Source: a virus. From it: a DNA stretch of 64,000 nucleotides. The translations under genes were made by a program, and so were the position numbers. The first letter of the stretch is position 1; each line of letters begins with the position of its first letter. The DNA is taken from UHGV virus genome UHGV-0033085; one strand, given 5' to 3'. This document shows positions 26,544-38,100 of this stretch, in pieces. The notes under the pieces were generated by a model that worked only from the letters and a program-made list of their open reading frames with translations, made no database searches and was not told the origin of the DNA.

Positions 26544-27290
26544 ATGTCTAATACCCATGTAAAAAACATCAAACTTGGTGCCTGTAAGGTGTCGTTTGGT
26601 GGTGTGGATTTGGGTTACACCAAAGGTGGTGTTCAGGTTGAAGTAGCCACTGAAACGCTGAAAGTCACTGTCGACCAGCACGGCCAGACAATTATGTCCG
26701 AGCTGGTGCAGGGTCGTAACATTACCATTACTGCGCCGCTGGCCGAGTCTGTGTTGAAAAATATGGTTGATCTGATGCCGGGGTCTACTCTGAACGAAGA
26801 CGACAACGCTGTGACCATCACTTCCGCACAGGGTGTCAACCTGATCGACGTAGCCAAAGAGCTGGTTCTGACTCCGCAGGACACTACCGACTACGTTCTG
26901 ACCATCCCGAAAGCTGCGACCGCAGGTAACTTCACCATGACTTACCAGTCTGATGATGTTCGTGTGTTCTCTGTTCAGTTCAGTGCGTACCCTGATGACG
27001 AAGGCGTTCTGGGAAGAATGAGCGGCCCTAAACCGGTAAAAACCGTGTCGATCAAACCGGAATCTCCAACTGTAAAAGCAGGGGAGACTGTGCAACTGAC
27101 AGCAGAAATCACTCCAGATGATGCCGCAGATAAAACCGGTGTTTGGGAATCCGAAGACCAGGAAAAGGCCACGGTAGATCAAACGGGTCTGGTACGTGGT
27201 GTGGCGCAGGGTACTGCAAACATCTCCTTCACCAGCAATAGCGGCGCTAAGAAGGCAACTAAGTCAGTAACGATTAACTCCGCAGATTAA
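26544..27290 (+). CDS. major tail protein with C-terminal Ig-like domain
   Basis: ORF track 26508..27290; ATG 26544 with AAAGGAG RBS; C-terminal Big_2-like domain as in lambda gpV. Confidence 0.7.
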   Translation: MSNTHVKNIKLGACKVSFGGVDLGYTKGGVQVEVATETLKVTVDQHGQTIMSELVQGRNITITAPLAESVLKNMVDLMPGSTLNEDDNAVTITSAQGVNLIDVAKELVLTPQDTTDYVLTIPKAATAGNFTMTYQSDDVRVFSVQFSAYPDDEGVLGRMSGPKPVKTVSIKPESPTVKAGETVQLTAEITPDDAADKTGVWESEDQEKATVDQTGLVRGVAQGTANISFTSNSGAKKATKSVTINSAD

Positions 27291-27303
27291 TCAGTAACTA
27301 AGC

Positions 27304-27330
27304 AGAGGCTCAGGATGAGCCTCTCTTTTA
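27304..27330 (+). terminator. intrinsic terminator after major tail gene
   Basis: AGAGGCTC-agga-GAGCCTCT plus T4. Confidence 0.6.
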
Positions 27331-27345
27331 AAAGGATTTAAACCA

Positions 27346-27663
27346 ATGACCAAATTACTCGATCTCGACTCCATTCTGCCGCCGAAAAAAAGCATCAAAT
27401 TTGGCGGTCAGGAATATCCCATCGTTGAAATGACGGTAGGTTTGTTCGTTTCCATCAAGCAGATGGAAGGCAAAGATCTCATGAACATGTCTCCTGTTGA
27501 GCAAGTGACAGCTTATGCAGATCTGGTTCGTAAGGTTATCCCTTCAGTACCTGACGAAGTTCTTGAAAAACTGACTGTTCCGCAACTCCAGCAGATCTTC
27601 ACCTTCGCTATGGAAGTGATTGATGAAGAAAACGAAAAAGCGGCTGGCGAAGGGGCAAAGTAA
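27346..27663 (+). CDS. tail assembly chaperone (lambda G-like)
   Basis: Small acidic ORF between major tail and tape measure genes. Confidence 0.7.
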   Translation: MTKLLDLDSILPPKKSIKFGGQEYPIVEMTVGLFVSIKQMEGKDLMNMSPVEQVTAYADLVRKVIPSVPDEVLEKLTVPQLQQIFTFAMEVIDEENEKAAGEGAK

Positions 27664-28016
27664 TTTCCCGCGATGAATCCGGGACAAGGACCGTCTCAAT
27701 AGATCTCGGATTCTATTTCAGTCGTGTAGTTGCTCACTACGCCGTGTCGCCATTAGAGCTACTGAACGTTCCTCTCACGATGTTCTGGATGCTCAGTCGC
27801 AATATAGACCGTCTGCGTGCGGAAGAGGATGTCCGCAACTTACAAGTCGCTCGTGCGTCCCAGGCGGATGGCGAGGCTGTGAAGGCGTTCATGGAGGGTT
27901 TGCAACTCAGGATTGGAAGACCAGTCGTAACAGATAAAGTCTACGATCCAAGCCAGGATAAGGCAGACCCTGACGCCAAAGAGCAACTGATGCAAATATT
28001 TGGCAGAGGATGACAA
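27627..28016 (+). CDS. tail assembly chaperone extension (GT-like, via programmed -1 frameshift)
   Basis: -1 frame open from 27627 across the G stop; candidate slip site GAAAAAG at 27634-27640. Confidence 0.5.
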
Positions 28017-28020
28017 GGGA

Positions 28021-31000
28021 ATGTCACAAAACGTAGAGTTTATCCTGTCGCTGGAAGACAAACAGTTTACAGCGTCAATCGATCGTGCGGGGAAACTGCT
28101 TACTCGATTTGGTGAGCAGGTAACAAAGCCTGCTCAAAAAATCCAAACCTTTGAACGCTCTTTGGGTTCGGTCGCCCGTATCATTGGCGTTCTGGAAAGC
28201 AAGCTCGATTCTACGGCAGATAAACTACAGGATGTAGCTGCCGGTTTTGAGCTTGCTTCAGATGCTACGCGTAAAATGCGTGGCAACATCACCAGCCTCA
28301 ATTCTGGTCTTAAAGCCCTGATTGAGCGCGTCGATACGACAACTTCTTCAGTAGATAAACTCACCGCGTCATTACGTAAAGTGCAATCAGAGCTAAATGA
28401 TTTCTCTGATTGGGCGACCTATGCAAGCAAAAGCGCAAGCCGCTTTGGTACGGAGGTCAAAGAAGCCTCTGCGTCCGTGAGTGGCATGAATACGCGCCTT
28501 AATACCACGACGAAGCGACTCAGTAATTGGGGTGTCACAACGAGTCAGGCTGCCGAGGGACTGAAAAAGGTTCGTGAGCAGATGGACGAAGTTATCGGAC
28601 GTCAGCAACTGATTAGCAAGCCGGTACGCGTTCGTACATCTGGAAGTGGCGATGGTGGCAGCGGGCGGCGTAGCGGCTCTGGCCATAGCGGTAAAAGTAA
28701 CGAAGGAGGTATGTTCTCTGGCCTTCGTGGCAACATTTTCCTGCTTGGCGAGATCGGAGATGCAGCCAGAACGGTTACTGACATCATGTTTGGGTGGCAG
28801 AAGCCTATTGTTGAAGCTGCGGCCGAAATGGAACGTATGCGGGTGATGCTTCGAGGGTTGAATAAGGAGAAGTCCAACCCGGGCCAGGCTGCCGCTGATG
28901 ATATGAAGTACATCGTGGATATGGCTAAGAGCGCCCCATTTGCGATGAAAGCTCTAACCGATTCGTTCGTTAAATTCCGCTCAGCAGGATTAGATCCAAC
29001 AGATGGCTCTTTAAAGACTCTTGTCGATTCCGTTGCTCGTTTTGGTGGGGATAGCGAACTTCTGAAGCGTGCATCCATTGCTGTTCAGCAGATGTCTGGT
29101 AAGGGTGTTGTATCGATGGAAGAGCTTCGCCAGCAATTAGGTGAAGCCGTTCCTAACGCGATGCAGGCAATGGCAGACGCCGCAGGCATCACTATGGGGG
29201 AACTGACTAAAGCCGTTACCAGCGGTACGGTTGAGGCAAAACAGGCGTTGTCTCTGATGTTTGTTGGTCTGCGTGCGGAGAATGAGAACGCAGCGAAAGA
29301 CATGATGCAAACCTACACAGGTGCGCTGGCGCAACTTCAGACGTCATTCACGTTATTTGCTGATCGGGTTGGTCAGGCCGGATATCTGGATTCTCTATCG
29401 AAGGGGATGAAAGAACTGGCTTCAATCATGAATAGCGCCGAAGGGATTTCGTTTGCCAATTCTTTAGGTTCGGGGTTAACAACGGCAATCGATGGGTTGC
29501 GTCAGCTTGCTCAATGGTTAGCAAAGAACCAAGAGCTGGTAATTAATCTCGGTAAGGTCGTGGCCGCGATGGTTGCGTTCAAACTGATGCGAGCAGGGAT
29601 CATGGGGGTAGTTGGCGCTGGGAGCCAGATGGTTAGCACCTTTGCCACGATGGCGACCGCCATACAGACTCCATTTAACCTCGGCGCTACAGCAGTAACT
29701 CGATTCAATCGTGCGGCACGTATGGGGCTGGCTCCGATCCCCTCTCTTATTTTCGCCATCCGTGGGGCGATTACGGGGCTTAAAGGCGCTTTTGCTGGCC
29801 TGACTGCGTTTATTGCGGCGAATCCGATAGGTTTTGTTTTCACTGCTGCAATGACCGCTGTTGCTGGCTTAATCACGTATATGACCATGCTTCGTAGCGA
29901 AACTTCAAAGGTCGTTGACGAGATTAGGAAAATACCAGAAGCGATGACGGCGGCTAAACGTGCACAGATGGCCGAGTATAAAGCGCGTCTTGAGCAACAA
30001 ATCACGCAAAAGGAACAAGAGTTAAAATCTGGCGAAAAGGTGGTTTATGGGCCGGGTATGGCCGGAACTACAGTAAAGATTAATCAGGATGAACGTAAGC
30101 GTATAGAAAATGAGCTAAATGACCTTCGTAAGAAACGCGATAAAACTACTGGGGCAATTGAACGCGGAGACATTGCTGTAGCCAAACGTCTTGCAAAAGA
30201 TGCGGCAGAATCACAGATAGAGAAAATACTCGAAGAGAATAGAGACTTTGCGGCAACGTTCGTGAAAGCTCGTCAGGAGGCTCTGGAGAAAATCCAGAAA
30301 ATCAAGGATGACGGTTCACTTTCGGATGACGAAAAGAACAAGCTATTGGCACCGTTACGTGAAACGGTAAACAAAAGCTATCTGGAGCCTGCGCAAAAAC
30401 TGGTTGATTCACTTTCTTCTCGTAAGAATGCGACCGAGAAGCAAATCGCGACTCTTAATGATCAGCTTGAAAAAGCGAAAAAGGAAGGAAATACCGAGCA
30501 GATTCAGAAACTGCAAGGAAGTATTCGTGGCTATCAGGAGCATTTGGAAGTCGTTGCTCAGGAACTGACTCAGGCAGAGTTTAAGAGGGATAACGCGGCC
30601 AAAAGTGGTAATGGCTTAGTGTCAATCAATGGAGATGTTCTTGGGTTAGGTACAACTGATAAAGCTGCTCAGAAGGCGCTGGCGCAATATATGCGAAACC
30701 AGATGGATTCTGCGACTTATCAGCGTACTCTGCCTGACGGCACTCCGATGATGGACTTCGAAGGTAAGCCGATTATTGGGCCTAAACAACTCAAGACGCA
30801 GCTTAATTTGCAGAAAGCATCCAGCGCCAGCTCTCTGGAGAAAATGAGCGATGAAGAGCGTGCCGCAGCCATTGCTGCACTAACTAAAGCTCGTGAACAG
30901 GATGCAGCAGCTGCCGAGAAAGCAGCCCAACGATCAGCTAACGCCTCGCAGCGTGCGGCCAAGAAGGAACAGGCAGCGCAACAGAAACTGGCAGCCGGAT

Positions 31001-32577
31001 ACCAGAAGGCTCTGGACAAAGCCGATCAGCTTATGGGGCAAATGGGTGAAAGCTCTAAGGCTACGGTATCGTTTGATCAGTCTCTTCGCGATACAACGAA
31101 ATCGCTGTCAGATTTGGCTAATGCGGTTCCTAACGAGTTCATCACTCAAGAGATGATCGACAAGGCGAAAAAACGTCTTGAAGACCTCAAAAATGCGACA
31201 CCTGAATATCGCGAGATGTTTAATCGCCGCAATGTTGAGCAGATGATCTCCACTTGGGCACCGGAGGCGGATTCCATTATTAGTGCTGGCTATACGCCGT
31301 CTCGCGAAGAGAAAGTTGCTGATTTCGAAGACACCTACAACCGCAATCTCAAAGCGTTGATAGAACTTCGTGATAAGGCGTCTGATCCTAAAGTTGTGGC
31401 GCTTTATACAAAGAAAATCAATCAACTGATTGCTGCTGGCAATACCGCGCTCATTAAAGAGACGGGGACTGCGACGCAGAAGTTGGCACTGGAATACGAA
31501 AACTTGGCAGAGCAGATCGAAAGCACCTGGACTGATTTGTTTAGTGGCTTAACTGATGTCCTGACTGATTTCGTTATTAACGGGAAGATGAGCTTCTCCA
31601 GCCTATCTCAGTCCATTTTGAAAGATATCACCAATATGGTCGTGAAGTCGCAGATCACGCTGCCTCTAATGAACATGTTGGGGATGGGAACCACCGCAGC
31701 TGGTAGTTCACAGAGTGGTAATTTGCTGACCGGGGTTGCTTCCGCCGTTGCCAATCAAGGGGTACGAATGGGCAACACTGTTAACGGCGACAAGTCGGTA
31801 GGAGAAGCCACGAAGGAGACGTCCAGTTCGGTAACTGGATTGGGGCAAACAACACAGCAGACCACCAGCGCAATTGGCACTGCAACAAATGCGATTGGTA
31901 GCTGGGTATCAGGGCTATTTGATAGCACTGAAGCCAAAGATGCCGAGACAAAAGCCGTGAAGGACTCCATCTTTTCGATGCAGAACCTCAGCTCTGTTAC
32001 CGGCGCGTTGTCTGCCGCGTTTGCAATGCTTGGAGCTAATGCTTCTGGCTCTGGTAATAAGTGGTTGAGTTTTGGAGCAACGGTTGCATCTGGTCTTGTT
32101 TCAGCTTGGGCTGGCGGTGGTTTCGACAGCGTGACATCAAGCTCTGCTAAAACCGCAACCAGCAGTGTGGCTGACGGAACTAAAGGCATTCCTGCAATCC
32201 CGAAGTTTGCAAATGGAGGAATATTCGGAAAAGACGGCGTGATCCCACTCCGGGCATACCAGAAAGGCGGTATTGCTAACTCGCCTCAATTAGCGTTATT
32301 TGGGGAAGGTTCTATGAATGAGGCGTATGTTCCATTGCCTGATGGTCGAACAATCCCTGTAACGCTCAGTACCGATGGTATGAGTGGAGGAGGAAATGTT
32401 CTTTCTCCGGTATCAATTGAGATCAACGTCCATAGTGACGGTAGCACAACTGAATCCGGCGATACAGAAAGCATATGGAACAATGCCGCTCAACGGATGA
32501 AAGCAATCGTGCTTGAGACTATCGCTCAAGAAAAACGCCCTGGCGGATCACTCAACCCAAACACTCAACGTAACTAA
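28021..32577 (+). CDS. tail tape measure protein
   Basis: 1518-aa helical and Gly/Ala-rich protein; ATG 28021 with AAGGGA RBS. Confidence 0.85.
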   Translation: MSQNVEFILSLEDKQFTASIDRAGKLLTRFGEQVTKPAQKIQTFERSLGSVARIIGVLESKLDSTADKLQDVAAGFELASDATRKMRGNITSLNSGLKALIERVDTTTSSVDKLTASLRKVQSELNDFSDWATYASKSASRFGTEVKEASASVSGMNTRLNTTTKRLSNWGVTTSQAAEGLKKVREQMDEVIGRQQLISKPVRVRTSGSGDGGSGRRSGSGHSGKSNEGGMFSGLRGNIFLLGEIGDAARTVTDIMFGWQKPIVEAAAEMERMRVMLRGLNKEKSNPGQAAADDMKYIVDMAKSAPFAMKALTDSFVKFRSAGLDPTDGSLKTLVDSVARFGGDSELLKRASIAVQQMSGKGVVSMEELRQQLGEAVPNAMQAMADAAGITMGELTKAVTSGTVEAKQALSLMFVGLRAENENAAKDMMQTYTGALAQLQTSFTLFADRVGQAGYLDSLSKGMKELASIMNSAEGISFANSLGSGLTTAIDGLRQLAQWLAKNQELVINLGKVVAAMVAFKLMRAGIMGVVGAGSQMVSTFATMATAIQTPFNLGATAVTRFNRAARMGLAPIPSLIFAIRGAITGLKGAFAGLTAFIAANPIGFVFTAAMTAVAGLITYMTMLRSETSKVVDEIRKIPEAMTAAKRAQMAEYKARLEQQITQKEQELKSGEKVVYGPGMAGTTVKINQDERKRIENELNDLRKKRDKTTGAIERGDIAVAKRLAKDAAESQIEKILEENRDFAATFVKARQEALEKIQKIKDDGSLSDDEKNKLLAPLRETVNKSYLEPAQKLVDSLSSRKNATEKQIATLNDQLEKAKKEGNTEQIQKLQGSIRGYQEHLEVVAQELTQAEFKRDNAAKSGNGLVSINGDVLGLGTTDKAAQKALAQYMRNQMDSATYQRTLPDGTPMMDFEGKPIIGPKQLKTQLNLQKASSASSLEKMSDEERAAAIAALTKAREQDAAAAEKAAQRSANASQRAAKKEQAAQQKLAAGYQKALDKADQLMGQMGESSKATVSFDQSLRDTTKSLSDLANAVPNEFITQEMIDKAKKRLEDLKNATPEYREMFNRRNVEQMISTWAPEADSIISAGYTPSREEKVADFEDTYNRNLKALIELRDKASDPKVVALYTKKINQLIAAGNTALIKETGTATQKLALEYENLAEQIESTWTDLFSGLTDVLTDFVINGKMSFSSLSQSILKDITNMVVKSQITLPLMNMLGMGTTAAGSSQSGNLLTGVASAVANQGVRMGNTVNGDKSVGEATKETSSSVTGLGQTTQQTTSAIGTATNAIGSWVSGLFDSTEAKDAETKAVKDSIFSMQNLSSVTGALSAAFAMLGANASGSGNKWLSFGATVASGLVSAWAGGGFDSVTSSSAKTATSSVADGTKGIPAIPKFANGGIFGKDGVIPLRAYQKGGIANSPQLALFGEGSMNEAYVPLPDGRTIPVTLSTDGMSGGGNVLSPVSIEINVHSDGSTTESGDTESIWNNAAQRMKAIVLETIAQEKRPGGSLNPNTQRN

Positions 32578-32619
32578 CTATCGACTGCCCCGGTCGGGGC
32601 AGTCTCACAAGGATGTGAG

Positions 32620-32955
32620 ATGGAAAGACAAACGTTTAATTGGTATCCAGATTACGAATCTGAGAAAAGCGTAAAACCGAATGTAACGGTACTTAATTTT
32701 GGTGATGACTACGAGCAACGACAGGCTCAAGGTCTTAATCGTATTAAAGAAGAATGGTCGTTAACCTTTACCAGATCATACAACGAAATTAATGCAATCG
32801 ATGACTTCCTGACTGAGCGAGCAGGTGTTGAGTCGTTCTATTGGGTTAATCCAAGAGGAAAACGGATTGTAGTTGTATGCGACAGTCATACGGTCAAGCG
32901 ATATCAAGGGTACGCAGTATTAACCGCTCCATTCAGACAAGTATTTGAGGCTTAA
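32620..32955 (+). CDS. minor tail protein (lambda M-like)
   Basis: Size and position after tape measure. Confidence 0.7.
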   Translation: MERQTFNWYPDYESEKSVKPNVTVLNFGDDYEQRQAQGLNRIKEEWSLTFTRSYNEINAIDDFLTERAGVESFYWVNPRGKRIVVVCDSHTVKRYQGYAVLTAPFRQVFEA

Positions 32956-32962
32956 GCATCTG

Positions 32963-32974
32963 GATAAGTAAGTA
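32963..32974 (+). promoter_or_regulatory. TAAGTA box (GATAAGTAAGTA)
   Basis: Consensus copy followed by a GGCGCT...AGCGCC hairpin, RBS and ATG 33038. Confidence 0.4.
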
Positions 32975-33037
32975 CTAATTTACTATTATTGTGGCGCTGA
33001 CAGGATGTTAGCGCCTACTTATTTCAAGGATGAAACA

Positions 33038-33736
33038 ATGGGAATTAAAGCTGATATTCAGAGCTTATCTCCCTCTGCACTCATTGAGTTGTTCGTACTG
33101 GATATGTCGAACACAACTTCAGGGGGGAAGCTATTCTTCCACGCCGGAACAAACGAACTGATGCAACCGGTCGTCTGGCAAGGAGTGACATATGAGCCGT
33201 GGCCAATCAAAGCATCAGGTTTTGACAAAACGGGCCAGGGAACGTTGCCACGTCCAAAAATTCAGGTGTCGAACTTTGCCGGAACCGTCTCTGCGGAAGT
33301 TCAGGCAAACGACGATCTTGTTGGCTGCCGCATTATTCGCAAGATGACGCTGGCTCGCTTCCTCGATGCCGTTAATTTTAAAGACGGCAACCCAACAGCA
33401 GATCCAAACCAACATTTCCCGGATGAAATGTGGTTTATCGAACAGAAAACTCTCGAAACTCATCAGGTTGTCGAGTTTGAATTGTCTAGTGTGTTCGATT
33501 TGATGGGGGTGCAACTGCCGTATCGTCAGATCATTAAAAACACCTGCCCGTGGAAATACCGAGGGCCAGAATGCGGCTATACCGGTCCATATTTCGACAA
33601 AAATAACCAGCAGACGTCTATGTCTGGTGCGGATTACTGCACAAAACGTTATGACGCCTGTAATGCGCGTCGGAATTATTTTGCCGACGGTGTGATCCAT
33701 TTTGGCGGATTTATTGGAGCTACGCGGTATGGGTAA
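33038..33736 (+). CDS. minor tail protein (lambda L-like)
   Basis: Conserved CPWKYRGPECGY cysteine motif. Confidence 0.75.
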   Translation: MGIKADIQSLSPSALIELFVLDMSNTTSGGKLFFHAGTNELMQPVVWQGVTYEPWPIKASGFDKTGQGTLPRPKIQVSNFAGTVSAEVQANDDLVGCRIIRKMTLARFLDAVNFKDGNPTADPNQHFPDEMWFIEQKTLETHQVVEFELSSVFDLMGVQLPYRQIIKNTCPWKYRGPECGYTGPYFDKNNQQTSMSGADYCTKRYDACNARRNYFADGVIHFGGFIGATRYG

Positions 33737-34526
33737 TAAAGCAATCCCTGAGCTTGGCTCTGACGTTATGCAGCAAATCTATCTCTGCGCCATAAATCGC
33801 TACCCTAATGAAGCGTGTGGCTTTCTGGTGAGAACTAATGGCGACAAATATCGCTTTATGGAAGCGCGAAATGTTTCGGAGAACCCGCAGAGCACTTTTG
33901 TAATGCATGTTGACGACATTATGGCGGCAGAGGATGCAGGTGACGTAATCGCAATCTGGCATTCACATACTGATGAATCAGCAGAAGCATCTGATGCCGA
34001 TCGTGCAGGCTGTGAAGCGACGGAAGTTCCGTGGATGATTCTGGCTATTCGCAAGAATGTTGAGGGAGATGCCCCTTTCCATTTTAGCGAGATGAATGTG
34101 ATCACACCTGATGGTTTCGAAATGCCATACCTGGGCAGACCGTATGTATTTGGCGTATTCGATTGCTGGATGTTGTGTCGGGACTATTTGAAGCGTGAGT
34201 TTAACGTCGAACTAAACTCGAACGCACACCTGCATATTCCATCGTGGTACACCGGCGATAACGACATTCTCGATCAGAACTACCGTAACGAGGGATTGGT
34301 GCGTCTTGCGCCCGGAACAGAGCCTCAACGTGGGGACGTATTCTTTATCCAATACGGGAAAATGCCTGACCACTGCGCGGTTTATATCGGCGATGGAATG
34401 ATTCTTCATCACCAGATCGACCGCCTAAGTTGTCGTGCTTATTACGGCGGAATGTATCAGAAACATACGACGCATCACTTGCGTCACAGAGACTTGCTCA
34501 AGGGAGATGAGACGTGTCTGAGTTAG
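33729..34526 (+). CDS. tail assembly protein (lambda K-like, MPN/JAB plus NlpC/P60)
   Basis: JAMM-like HSHTDESAEASD and NlpC/P60-like Cys/His region. Confidence 0.75.
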   Translation: MGNKAIPELGSDVMQQIYLCAINRYPNEACGFLVRTNGDKYRFMEARNVSENPQSTFVMHVDDIMAAEDAGDVIAIWHSHTDESAEASDADRAGCEATEVPWMILAIRKNVEGDAPFHFSEMNVITPDGFEMPYLGRPYVFGVFDCWMLCRDYLKREFNVELNSNAHLHIPSWYTGDNDILDQNYRNEGLVRLAPGTEPQRGDVFFIQYGKMPDHCAVYIGDGMILHHQIDRLSCRAYYGGMYQKHTTHHLRHRDLLKGDETCLS

Positions 34527-35107
34527 TTCATGTGCAGCTTGGCGGCCCTATGGCTAAACATTTTGGCCGCCACTGGCATCTAAAGGTGCGCAATACAAAA
34601 CAGGCTCTGGATTTAATTGAGGCCAACAAGCCTGGGTTTAAAGCATGGATGAAGCGCAACATCAAAACCTATGACAGATACCACATCCAGATCACCAATA
34701 AACAGGGCCACAAGTGGTCTGTGGACGAGAGTGAATATCAGATGATGGGGCAGTCTGACAACATAGCCAAAATCCGCATTACCCCTGTTCCGCGAGGAAG
34801 CGGCGGTTCTGCTTTTGGGTGGTTTCAGACGGTAGTAGGAGCCGCTTTGTTGGTTGTATCGGCGGTAATGATGCCCGCTCTTGCGCCTCTCGGTTTGTCA
34901 CTGATGATGGGCGGTATAGCGCAAATCATATCTCCGCAAGCCACTAACGAAAGTGTGAGGCAGGCGGATAACTCGAACTCTTATTACTTTGATGGACCTC
35001 AAAACACAACAAACCAGGGGAACCCTGTACAGCTTATCTATGGCGAGGAAATTTTAGTTGGCTCACAGGTCGTGAGTTCTTCTATCACCATCGACCAGCT
35101 TATGTAA
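34514..35107 (+). CDS. tail assembly protein (lambda I-like)
   Basis: Hydrophobic Gly-rich segment; position between K-like and J-like genes. Confidence 0.65.
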   Translation: MSELVHVQLGGPMAKHFGRHWHLKVRNTKQALDLIEANKPGFKAWMKRNIKTYDRYHIQITNKQGHKWSVDESEYQMMGQSDNIAKIRITPVPRGSGGSAFGWFQTVVGAALLVVSAVMMPALAPLGLSLMMGGIAQIISPQATNESVRQADNSNSYYFDGPQNTTNQGNPVQLIYGEEILVGSQVVSSSITIDQLM

Positions 35108-35124
35108 TCAAGGATTTTTTGGAC

Positions 35125-38100
35125 ATGGAACAGTTCAAGAAGAAAAAATTACCGCTTCTTATTGCCGGTGCTGGTGGCAAGAAAAGTAAAAGCTCCAGCC
35201 GTACCCCGGTTGAAGCTGATGATACTGTCAATTCTCGTGCTATGGCAGCCATCCTCGACCTTCTTGGCGAGGGGGTTATCGGTGGCCTGGTAAATGGCGC
35301 AAAGTCGATCTTCATCGACGATTTACCGATCTTGAATGAAGATGGCTCTTCCAACTTCAGCGGTATTACATGGGATTTTCGTGACGGCTCACAAGACCAG
35401 ACGCCAATGGCTGGTTTTGATTTTGTTGAAACGCCTAAGTCCGTAAATATTCAGCTTAAAAAAACACACGACGTTACGGTTTCAATCGATAACGATGAAT
35501 CTGATCGCGTTCGTGTCATCATGAAATTCCCCTCTTTACGTAGCGTTGATAAAAGCTCTGGCGATACAAATGGCACTACGGTGAAGTACAAATTCCAGAT
35601 CGCCAACGGAGACGCAACATTTTCTGATGTGGTTGCAGAAGGTGAGAAAAGCGTTGATATCACGCTAACGGCAAAGAAAACAGGCGTGTATTACCGTAGC
35701 TATGAGCTGAAACTACCTAAGCCTGGTCGTGCATACAAGGTTAGGGTGATTCGCCTTACAGATGATAACAGTAGCCAGTACCTCTACAACGACACATGGG
35801 TTGATTCCATCGGTGAGATTGTCGACACGCCAATGAACTACCCTAACTCTGCTCTTGTTGGCTTGAAGGTCAATTCAGAGCAGTTTGGTAGCACAATGCC
35901 TTCCCGTTCGTATTTGGTGCGCGGTATCAAAATCCGAGTACCGTCAAACTACAACGAATACACCAATACTTATGTCGGCGTATGGGACGGTACTTTTAAG
36001 CTGTTGTCTTCTTCAAACCCTGCGTGGATTCTCTACGATTTGCTTACCAATACTCGGTATGGTCTTGGGCAATTTGTGTCGGAATCCATGATTGACCTCG
36101 GCCAGCTCTACCAGATTGGTCGATATTGTGACGAAGAGGTCGATGATGGCTTTGGGGGTAAAGAGAAACGCTTTGCAATCAATACGCAGATCACCAGTCG
36201 ACAAGACGCATACCGATTAATTCAGGATATTGCCGGTGCATTCCGCGGCATGGTGTTTTGGGCTGGTGGCATGGTTAACATCATGCAGGATAGCCCATCA
36301 GATCCGGTAATGATGTTTACCAACTCCAACGTCAAAGATGGACTGTTTACCTATAAAGGTTCTGCGCGTAAAGATCGCCCATCCGTTGCGCTCGTAACCT
36401 ACAACAACAAGGAGGACGGTTATAAGCAAAATATCGAGTACGTTGAAGATCAGGACGCAATGCGCCGTTATGGTGAGCGTAAAACAGAAGTCGTAGCATT
36501 TGGATGTACAAGCCGAGGCCAGGCTCACCGAGTTGGTTTGTGGCTTTTGTATACCGCCAGAATGGAGTCGGATGTAATTACATTTACTGCCGGCTTAGAC
36601 GCCTCATTTCTGATGCCCGGTGAAACCGTTCTGATTCAGAACAAATATCGTGCAGGTAAACGTAACTCCGGTCGAATTGTGGAGTTTACCAAAAACAGCA
36701 TCACTCTCGATGCGCCTGTGTCGTTAGCTAAAAGCGGCAGCTTTATTCGGATATTGAATCAGGAAGGCAAAATCGTTGAACGCGATGTTCTTGAAACTGG
36801 CGAAAACATAACAAAGGTTACGTTTTCAAAAGCCCTGTCGTCAGCGGAAACGCCTGTTTTGAACGGTGTCTGGACAATTACAGAACCAGATCTCGAACCT
36901 ATGCGCGTTCGCATCGTTAACATCGCGCAGGGGGAAACGCCGGGTAGCTTTGACATCACCGCTGTTGAGAACAATCCGTCTAAATATGAGGCAATCGACA
37001 ATGGTGCAACGCTGATCCCGCAGAATACGACGGTATTGGACCCAACTTACTCCAAGCCATCTAATCTGCAAATCACTGAAGGGACTTATCTCTCAAGCCC
37101 GGGCAACCTGTCAGTAAAACTGACTGCAACATGGGAAGGAAAATCTCCAGAGTATTGGATCAGTTGGCGACGTTCTGATGAAAACAATGTATCGAACTGG
37201 CAATCGGCGCGTGTAACCGAAGAGCAATACGAAATCGTTAATGTCGCGGAGAATGGACGCTACGACTTCCAGCTGTATGCGGTTTCATTCAACGGTAAAA
37301 AAACAGAGATTATCAGTACCGTTTATCAGGTGTTGGGCACAATGACACCGCCGGATGCCCCAACGTCATTAACGGCCGTTGGAGACTATCGTAATGTGAT
37401 ACTGAATTGGGTTAATCCAGATTCGGTAGACCTTGATCACATTAATGTTTACGCATCCCAGACCAACAATCTGGATACGGCGAAACTGATCGCAGAGTCT
37501 GCAAGCACCACCTTTACACATGCTGGTCTTGGGGATAGCGAAACGTGGTATTACTGGGTTCGAGCATCGAACAAGCGAGGTATGTTAAGCCCTCCGAACT
37601 CAAACTTGGGTACAGAGGCGACAACTCGCGATGTACTGTCGTTCCTGGCTGGCAAAATTACATCTTCCGAGCTTGGTCAGGCTCTGCTTGAGGACATCAA
37701 CAGTAAAGCCTCTCAAGAAGCAGTTGACGAGTTAAATGAGCATATCAACCAGAGCGTCGAATCTTTGGAGGGGTCGGTAAACGACGTTAAGGAAGATATA
37801 GCTGAATTAGATAAGCAGTTCAGCGATAACCTCGCGAATTTTGAAATAAAATTCAACGAGCGTAGCGATGCTTTGGAGAACGCACAAACCGAGCTTAAAG
37901 GTGAGGTTTCGGCAACGATCGACAAGGTCAATGAAGCGTTTGAAAAAATTGATGCTACTGATGCTGCAATTGTTGAAATCGAAAACACCGTATCTGAACA
38001 CGATAAAGCTCTCGCTAATACAGTCGAGGCAATAAAGGCTGCAAGAGATGAAGCGGCGGCTCTTATTGCTAAGGAAAGCGAGGCTCGTGTAGAAGGTGAT

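Noticed and set aside
28134-32483. Many short ORFs on both strands inside the tape measure gene
   Set aside because: Embedded in a single long, synteny-supported reading frame; products are low-complexity.
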